Shown here one piece after another: positions 54,620 through 64,000 of a stretch of 64,000 bases of DNA. The notes beneath the pieces are model-generated. The model saw only the letters and a list, made by a program, of their open reading frames with translations. It was not told the origin of the DNA and searched no databases. The DNA is taken from assembly GCF_009914755.1 (NCBI RefSeq), contig NC_060933.1; one strand, given 5' to 3'. Both the position numbers and the translations under genes were made by a program. Numbering within the stretch: position 1 is the stretch's first letter; every line of letters begins with the position of its first letter. Origin of the DNA: the human T2T-CHM13v2.0 reference genome, Homo sapiens.

Positions 54620-57600
54620 TAAGGGGGAAAAAAGGAAATTGAAACTTAATCCCATAGACCAAACCTAAAAATATATTTTAATGGATAAAGATACCTTCTC
54701 AACATTCTTAGAAAAAAACTGTGGAGCATCTCTTTTATCTTTACATAGGGAAGAAGAACAAACGGCAAGAGTAAAAACTAACTTGATCACATAAAAATTT
54801 AAGACTTCTGTTTATTGGATACCGCAATGAGAAAAAAATATGCAAAACTTGGCAGAGATATTTGCAACACATGTTACCTAGACAGGTTTAGTATCCAGAA
54901 TATATAAAGCTCTCCTATAAATTAATAAGTGAAAAATAACACCTCAAGAAGTTAGCATAAATAGCCCATAAGCATGTGAAAAAGTGCTCAACCTAATAAT
55001 AATCATGAAAATGAAAATTAACAATTAGATACCCTTTCACACATATTGACAAAATTTTTTGGAAGTTCTGAAAGGTGTAGTATTGGCAAGGATAAAGAAC
55101 CGTGGAAGCATTCATCCCATGCAAGTAGAAGGACAGCCATTTGGAAAACGGATGTTAGCTCATACAGCTGATCATGCATGTACCCTATGACCCAGTGGCT
55201 TCACTACAACCTAGTGCAATCTAGTCAGCCTGTTACAGGCCCCAGAAAAATTCTTGCATTTGTTTACCTAGGGATATATGAGAATGTTCACAATTTTAAA
55301 AACCTGGAAACAATCCAGTTATCTCTCAATATGGGTAGATTGTGGAATAGGTAACTAAATGATCATATATTCCAATAATAGAGTACCTCGCAGCACTAAG
55401 AGTGAATGAACTGCAGCTACTCACATTCTCAAACACAGCACTGCAATGAGATACTACTGCATGCATATTAGAATGGCAAAAATCCAGAACTCTGACAACA
55501 CCAAATGCTGATGAGGATGTGAAGCAACAGGAACTCTCATTCAGTGCTGATGGAAATACAAAATGGAGAATAGTTTTGTGGCATCTTAGAAAACTAAATC
55601 TACTCTTATTATACGACCCCGCAATCTTGTTTCTTGGTATATACCCAAAGGAGTTGAAAACTTATGTCCACACAGAAACCTGCACACAGATGTTTATGGA
55701 CGTTTTATTTATAATTGCAAAAATTTGGAGACAAGCAAGATTACCTTCAGTAGGTGAATAATTAAACAAACTGTATTACATCCAGACAACTGAATACCAT
55801 TCAATGATAAAATAAATGGCTGTCAAGCCATGAAAAGACACAGTGGAAGCTTACATGCATACTGCAGAATGAAAGAAGCCAATCTAAAAAGGCTACATAT
55901 GTCACTTCCAACTTTATGACCTTCTGGAAAAGGTAATACTATAGAAATAGAAAAAAAAATCAGTGGTTCCCAGGAGTTAGGAGGAAGAGAGGGATGAATA
56001 ACCAGAGCACAGAGGATGCTTAAGGCAGTGAAAGTACGTGTATGATATTTTAATAGTGAATACTTGTCATTGTAAATTTGTCCAAGCCCAAGTGTGAACC
56101 TTAATGCAAACTATAAGATGTATCATGTAGGTTCTTTAATTGTAACAAATGCACCACTCTGGTGGGGGATGTTTATTATGGGGGAGGCTATGCATGTGTG
56201 GGGGACAGGGAGTATATGGGAAATCTATACCTGCTGCTCAGTTTTGCTGTGAACTTTGAACTGCTCTTAAAAATAATGTGTGTATGTGTGTATATATACA
56301 TACATATACATGTTTGTGTGTATGCATATCTGATCATAAGAAACAATACATAGTTTCACTTATTTAAAAAGTCAAATGTGCAAAACTAAACAATATACAA
56401 GTCTGTAATGACAAGCAATGGAATGATTAACAGGAAGTTAGGGATAGTGGTTACCTCTTGTGGAAGGAGTGAGTGGCATTGTAGAAGGGCAATGGGAGTT
56501 TCTAAGATACTGGAAATATTCTATTTCATAACCTGAAGGAAGGACACATATGCTCATTTTATATTCTTCTTAAGCTGTACATACACACTTTTATATTTAT
56601 GATCTATTTCATTAAGTAATAAGACAATTAAATATATGCATTTGTAAATAAGTGAGATTAACAAATTTTTGGATACATTTAACTTATTAAAGTTGACTCA
56701 AATAATTAGAAAATCTGGATGGAAATCATACCATTAAAGTAATTGAGTTGATAATTAATAATTCTACAAAGAAAACAGGATGCCCAGATGATGTCACAAG
56801 TAGTTCCAATGTTACACTAATTATTTGCGAGGGGAGAAAAAAGAGGCCATTCTTCAATTCATTTGAGACTAGGGTAACCTTGCTATTGTGTACCTCATCC
56901 ATGCACACAGAGACAAATATTGTAAACAAAATACTAGGAAGTATACCTAGCAAAGTATAAAAACCATGAACAAGCTCGGTTAGTAATACAAATTTAGTTC
57001 AATGTTAGAAAATCTACTGAAATCATCTCCTTATCAATGAATTAAAGACAAAAGTTATATGATTGTCTCAAAAGGCCTATAAAATTATTTTACAAAAATT
57101 AAATAATTCATGATATTTCCACCTATGAATAAAGGGTAATTTCCTTAACCTGATAAAAGGAGTCAACAAATAACCTACAGCACCTATCATGTTTTGTGAT
57201 TAAAAATATCGAAATCACTCCTTTTAAAATCAAGAAAAAGACAAGAGTACCATTGTCACTAAACTGCTTCCAAAGCTTATACGGAAGATAAAAGGGCCCA
57301 GTATAACTAAGACAATCCCATAGAAGACTAAAGTGTGTGAAGGTGGGAGGTGGAGCTTATGTGAGTCTATCACGTACCAGATTTACTGTGAAGTTATAAT
57401 TACCACAGCAGGAATTGCTATTGTGAAAGTGTATGCTTGTGTGAAATCTTGATGTATGCCCTGGCTAACATTACAGAACAGTCAGAAAGGGTCTATATAA
57501 TCCATGGTATGAGCAGTTGGTATCCATATGGGAAAATATCAGAATGGATCTCTATCCCAAAAATGGATCGCTATCACACAAAGGCCAGATCTAAATGGAC

Positions 57601-57670
57601 AAAGGACTTAAATTTGAGATGCAAATATTTAAAAATCTTTTAGAAGAAAATATAGGAGGGTAACTTATTA
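54620..57670 (+). mobile_element. Nested old L1 fragments (L1ME, L1MC/MD 3' end 55440-56275, L1M ORF2)
   Basis: LLYDPAILFLGIYPKELKTYVHT remnant; caccactctggtgggggatgtt 3'UTR. Confidence 0.8.
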
Positions 57671-58253
57671 CATGCCACACCTACTATGTGTACTTTGTAC
57701 GATGCAAGTGTTGTATATGAGTGTAGTATGTTAAGTGTAGATGCCTCTAAGCAGTATATGCATGCTTGCTACTTTACACACGTGAAACACTGGGAATGGG
57801 AGCATGAGAGGAAACCCTAGGTCATTCTGGTCTCCAGACTGCTGCTCCTGCCCACCCCCGGTTCCAGCACTCCCTTCCCCATTCTCCTATACAGATCCTC
57901 TGTTCCCGGCACAGCCACTTACAGCAGCTCAAGCCAGCGGCACCCACGGAGAGGCCCTCTTCACCCTACTGCTGGGCTGTCATGTCCCCTTTCTTTTCTT
58001 TCTGAAAAACAGTTTTCTCTGCCTGTGACTCCTCATGTTTCACTCTCTCTAAAGCACACGGAAGCCCGGTTCCCTCCTCTGCTTTATCAGACCTGTTGCT
58101 GTGAGTTCCACTAGTGACCCTGCATGACAAATTCGGAGGTTTGCTCCCTTTTGCATAGCGTAAAATGTTTACCTCGTGACCTACTTGATAAATACAATTT
58201 TATAATTGTTAAGCTATCTATATATTCTGTATCTGTTTTAAAAATTATGTATA

Positions 58254-58589
<336 letters not shown>

Positions 58590-59373
58590 TTATTCCATAA
58601 AACTGCTCTCCATATGTGTAATATGTTTCTACTTCACACATAGTTTTGATCAAAGATTAATCTATTGCATACTTTTCTTAGTAATTAATAAAACTCAGCT
58701 TGGATTTCTCTAGCCAGATAAAACACCTTATACTAAATGAATCAATCAAAGCTCTTTGTTGGAGTGAGATCTGAAAGCTTTCGCTCAAGCTGGCTGCCTC
58801 AGCTTCACAGCATCAAATAATGGAGGGAGAAGTGGAGGCTGACATGCAGCAAGAATGACTGTGTGTGTGTTGGAGAGATATTTTGTTTAATTCATTTACA
58901 AGATACTCATGCCACACTGCTACGTGCCAAACAGCTGTTCTTGCTACTTGGTAAAAATTAATCATCTAATAGTTGAAAAGTTAATTGTTGTAATGTGACT
59001 TCAGTATGGCCACTCTCCGGGATTGGGAGCCAAAAAAAAAAAAAAAGCATCACCATCATGATTGAGAAATGGAGTTACTGGCAGTAGTGGAGCAAACCAC
59101 GATTCTGCACTTGGACACAGAATTATTCCTGACAAGATCCTGGCTCTTAACTCTTCCACCAAAACTGAGTCTGCAGCTCCCACACTGAAATGCTGCTCAT
59201 TTCACCCCAAGTGTGTTCCAGCCGTTCCTTCTTCTTCTCCTTCCTACCAGCTCTGTAATGTCTCCATCACAATGCTAAGGTCAGGGTCAATGGCACCTCT
59301 TTTTAGAAACTTTCTGAGAGCCCTGGAAAGTAATCTCTTCTTGTTCTTATTCCATGATCTCCTGTACGTTCTT

Positions 59374-59406
59374 TTTCTTTTTTTTTTGAGACGGAGTCTC
59401 GCTCTG
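59374..59406 (-). mobile_element. Extremely 5'-truncated Alu
   Basis: T tract plus gagacggagtctcgctctg; TSD ctgtacSttctt at 59362-59373 and 59407-59418. Confidence 0.85.
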
Positions 59407-60389
59407 CTGTACCTTCTTTAAATCACTGATGATCATTTGTGTAGATGAGTTGTCTCCGTGTGTGTCTGACCTTTCTCCCAGTTGGTGAGTTTTGGAATCC
59501 AGGAAGCATTTTAGTAAAGTAATAGTTTTTAGTAATTTAGTTCACCTCTGTGCACCCTACAGCCGTTTCTCACATGTTGGGGCTGCCCAGTGAGCACTTG
59601 CTGAGGGAAACTGCAGGGAGACTTGCAGGTCAGGTTCACTGAGCCAGAAAGTGAAGCAAACTGAGAGGGCAAAGTGCATGAAACTGGCTGAAATATACGA
59701 ACACACTGGGGAAACAAACATCTCCGGCCTCTGTGGAGGCGGAACACAGTTGCTGAGGTCTGTGATTCAGCAGCACCCACCTGGCAAAGCATGCCCAGCA
59801 TCGGGCTTCGTTCTCCCATAGTGCTTTCATGGCGAGGAAGAAAAGCTATACATACTAACATGGGCCAGCTGGAAACCACAACTATATAGTATTGCTTTTC
59901 AGCTTTTCAGCTGGAATTCCGAAAGAACTCTGAGGTCATGTAGAATGCGGCATACTGTTAGATGGGGCCTGGGTGGGCTTGGTGTTAGAGGACCTGCCCC
60001 AGGTCATGGTCTGTGGTGCGGAGGGAGGGTGTGATTTCCCATCCCCTTCTTATCTCTTTGTCCCATCTTTTTTGCCCTGTACACACATGATCGTCCTCAA
60101 TATCTTAAGTAGGATCTCCCATATAGCTAAAATTGATATTGGCATCTAAAGTATGCCTAACTTAGCTGAATATTTGGCCTTTGCCTTTAAAGGATCTGTA
60201 AGTTATTGGGATGAGACCAAGGAGAAAAAGGAAGACCATAGATAAGCATAATCTGCCATCCAATAATTTCATGACATGCTTATCCTTGGAATAAAGTTGA
60301 CCTGTTATCAGGAAACTGTCCCACCATTTTTTTTGCATGTAGAGACCTCCATTGCTATGGCCTCCATTGTAATGGGCTGTCATTGGGTT

Positions 60390-60800
60390 TGAAAAAAGTC
60401 TACATGTTGATTTTCATGGCAATAAAAGAGTCAGAGGTGCAAGCTGGAACAAGGTGCTCGCCAAAGCTAGGCCTTTCCCCTCCCTCAGGAACTGGCAACA
60501 AGAGCAAGAGTTAGCTTCCTGAATGTTTGCATTTCAAAGAGAGAACTCTCAGGTCTTTGAGGAGACAATTCTGGGATGTAGATTTACACTTCAAAGGTGG
60601 AGAAAAATTTATAATTGCAAGCTTTCTAAGGTTCTAAGAGGGGATTCGGGGCTCTACCTGCCCATCACCAGGTTTTGCCTGAAACAAACAGTAAATTTTC
60701 TTTGCAAGTGAGCTTTTTCAGGCAGTCATTTTAAGAGGGCTGGGGTCATCCGCGGGACACCCTTGTGCTGCCGGAAGCCTCACTAGCGTTTGGTCCTCTC
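60390..60800 (-). mobile_element. MER31/MER67-like ERV1 LTR fragment
   Basis: Reverse-complement similarity to 61998-62848 (aatttactgtttgt, ctgcctg, agaaagcttgcaat). Confidence 0.65.
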
Positions 60801-61195
60801 TTTGGACAGGGGTTTGGAAGTAGTTAAGTACTGCGAGGCCTGCATTCTCATGACCAAAGCTCACAAATGCCCATTTCTTTATTTCTTTCATTTTAATCTT
60901 TGAAATATTTATGTGTCTCTTAACACCTCTTGGAAATTTCCATCCCTTTCGAGCTATGTTCCAGTCAAACCAAACAAAGCGTGGCCCAGCAGCCCTGGGG
61001 AGTCTCTGGGTGAAGGGGAGATGAGCACACAAATGTTGAGAGTTTGAGAACCCCTGGCCTTGATTTTTATAATAGTTGGTCAAGTGGTCATCAGTGAAAT
61101 CCACAGGGATTCCCTGAGAGTGTATAGCTTTGGCATGATGGTTGCTGTAATCTGAAGGGGAAAGTAGAAGTTTACATGTGAGTACTGAAGAAGCT

Positions 61196-61340
61196 TGAGA
61201 CAGAGTCTCGCTCTGTCACCCAGGCTGGATGAAGTGGGGCCATCTGGGCTCACTGCAACCTGTGCAATTCTCCTGCCTCAGCCTCCCCAGTAGCTGGGAT
61301 TACAGGCTCCTGCCACCACGTCCAGCTAATTATTTTTTTC
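61196..61340 (-). mobile_element. Alu right-arm fragment
   Basis: gagacagagtctcgctctgtcacccaggctgg...cagctaat. Confidence 0.88.
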
Positions 61341-61997
61341 TTTAAAATTAGTTTTTATTTAAAAAGTACAAATAGCACTTTACTTTTACTTTTGCAAAAA
61401 GTAAAGAAATGGTGTTTTGTTACAAAAATTAAACAAATAAATTTTGGATTGTAGAAAATTCATTAAAAACTCAAGTTTTAATTCAGTTAAAATCCATCTA
61501 GTGCTGTAAGTGTGGCTGTTGGCAGATGTCTTATTTATTTTTCATATATTAATTTATATTATTAATAACTAATTTTTTATTTATTATTCGTGAGCCCTTT
61601 CCCATGACAACTTCTTGGAAATTTCTTTCTCTCCCACTGACCTAGTATTATCTCTCAGGCATTCTTATTTAAAGTTTTTCCTCTCATTATTCCCTTCTTC
61701 ACCATCATTCCCAGGTTGGTTACAAAGAACTAATTTAATGACCCATTTACTCTGAAGGGAGGCGCAAGAAGTGAAGCTTCTTTCTGAGGCCTTAAGGGAT
61801 CTCACCTCCTTAAATCTCTGTTTTCCTACCCCTACTTCAGATATTATTGAGACATTATGTTTTCTTCCTCTACCTTCAGAAACTTCAGTATCAACAGGTC
61901 CAGATCTGCCTAAGCCCTCAGATGAGTCTGCAAACAATCATTGTGTCAACATTTGACTCATGCCTTGCAGATGATCCCAGGCACCACTGTCTTAACC

Positions 61998-62848
61998 TGT
62001 GAAAACCATAAATTCTTGGCACAAACAACTTCTTCTGCACATCCCTCCTCCTCATACATACACTAAGAGACTTGGCCAAATTCCAACACAGTGTCTATCA
62101 GCTCCGAGCCACGTCCCTACGATGCCCCATACCCCTCTAAAGCACCTGCCTGGGAACATTCAATTCTGCCAAAAGAATTTACTGTTTGTCCCACCCAAAA
62201 CTTGACTATAGGTCCCTGACCTCCCATTTCTAAGAGGTTTAACTTTAGAAAACCTGCAATGGCCAGGCGTGGTGGCTCACACCTGTTATCCCAGCACTTT
62301 TGGAGGCCGAGGAGGGCAGATCACGAGGTCAAGAGATCGAGAACATTTTGGCCAACATGGTGAAACCCTGTCTCTACTAAAAAGAGAAAAATTAGCTGGG
62401 CGTCATGGCACACACACGCAATCCCAGCTACTCAGCAAGCTGAGGCAGGAGAATCTCTTGAACCTGGGAGGCGGAGGTTGCAGTGAGCCGAGATTGTGCT
62501 CAGAGTGAGATTCTGTCTGGAAAAAAAAAAAAAAAAAAAAGACAGATAACCTGCAGTTATAAACCCTTTCTCTGCCCCTTTAAATCTCCTACAACATGGA
62601 AATGTCTTTCTGAAAGACTTGGGAGCCATCCCTTTGGACTATAAGGATCAAGAAGGATACAGGATTGTCTCCTGGTCTCTGTCTCTGCGTAGGAACCTAA
62701 TTTTGATAAGCACTATTAGCAAACACAGATGGCCTCATCACATTGACCAACCTTTCCCCAAACATCAGTCCATGCTTTTCCTTTAGCACACTCCAACATT
62801 TGCAGAGCCTCTTGCTTTTTGTTTCAGTGAAGTTGAGGCTTTCTAACA
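61998..62848 (+). mobile_element. MER31/MER67-like ERV1 LTR split by an Alu
   Basis: gacttggccaaa, aagaatttactgtttgt, gacttgggagccatccctttg motifs. Confidence 0.7.
62261..62540 (+). mobile_element. AluSc-like with small right-arm deletion
   Basis: Dimer with A tail; TSD-like aacctgcaRt. Confidence 0.94.
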
Positions 62849-63516
62849 TACTATAAATTGATATGTCTACTTATTGATTAGAAGACAGAAATTAATCACT
62901 GGATTTCATTATCACGCTGACTTTTAGGATTAAAAGCAGCCTGTGGTTACAGATGCAACATCTTTACATTTCTAAGAAAAACAGGAGAGATTTGTCTTTG
63001 GCTCCTTTGGACCTTACTGATTAATGGAAAAGAGAGGATTGAGTAGGTTTGGATGATACAGCACAACTCAGTTTAAAGTTCCAGGCAAAGAAAGCAACGG
63101 TTATTTTTCACTCCAGAGAGTGAATCATTCTTTGGGGCCACAAAAGAGAAGATTTGAAGAATAAGCAGGGACATCTAGAAGGTGGCTGAGTGTACTCCAT
63201 CGGGTTAAATTAAGCTATTTTGTTGTTGTTCAAATAGCTTCCCCACATGGTACATTTCATATCTAAAGTGTTATTCCCTCTCCCATCATTTTATTACATA
63301 CGCAATATCTGGCTGAGAACCTCTTTCTTGCCCTCCTTCTTACTGGTTAAGAACACAGACAGTCCTCTCTTTGCACAGCAGTGCAGGGCCATACAAATCA
63401 CTATGCAAGCTGAAGATCTGTAAAGTGACCTAAACAATCCATGTGAAACATCGACTGTTCTGTGTCATTTAAAAATTTTGGCCAAAACATTAAAAATCTC
63501 TTACTGTTGGTTATAA

Positions 63517-63844
<328 letters not shown>

Positions 63845-64000
63845 AGTACTTAGTTTATACACTGTAATTTAAAACATTAAACAACAGCCAATTAAAGTGC
63901 TTTATTTATTTATAGACGTGTATCAAGCCCAGTTTGAAAAGTGCTTGCCTCCCTCTTGTCGTATAGCTTATGATAAGGAACCAGCAGTGTTTCTATGCCT

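Noticed and set aside
61332-61800. Minus-strand AATAAA (61359-61354) before an A tract, suggesting a processed pseudogene
   Set aside because: The A tract is the Alu middle linker; no TSD or recognisable parent ORF

Overview
Primate (human or great-ape) genomic DNA, not microbial. The window is dense in repeats: about 20 Alu/FLAM copies, many old L1M fragments, MaLR elements (two MSTA-like, a full-length THE1B, solo THE1B/MLT1 LTRs), ERV1 solo LTRs (two MER52, one LTR12, MER4-group), an ERVL pol relic and Tigger/MER2 DNA transposons. I recognise no intact protein-coding gene, and almost all ORFs in the track fall inside repeats. The non-repeat signals are: (i) two CpG-rich promoter-like islands (~21.5-22.3 kb and ~39.4-40.0 kb; from memory the second resembles a multi-copy, segmentally duplicated lncRNA/pseudogene promoter, locus not assignable); (ii) a candidate minus-strand spliced unit at 52.2-54.0 kb, with a perfect donor inside an LTR12 and two exons that join into a 96-aa ORF followed by AATAAA; (iii) an unidentified ~480-bp coding-like insert splitting an L1; (iv) several repair or retrotransposition scars (a twin-primed inverted L1 with TSD, templated insertions, odd Alu tails). 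Repeat subfamily names come from recalled consensus sequences. Boundaries are approximate unless a TSD is quoted. I found no evidence for a new multi-gene biological system.
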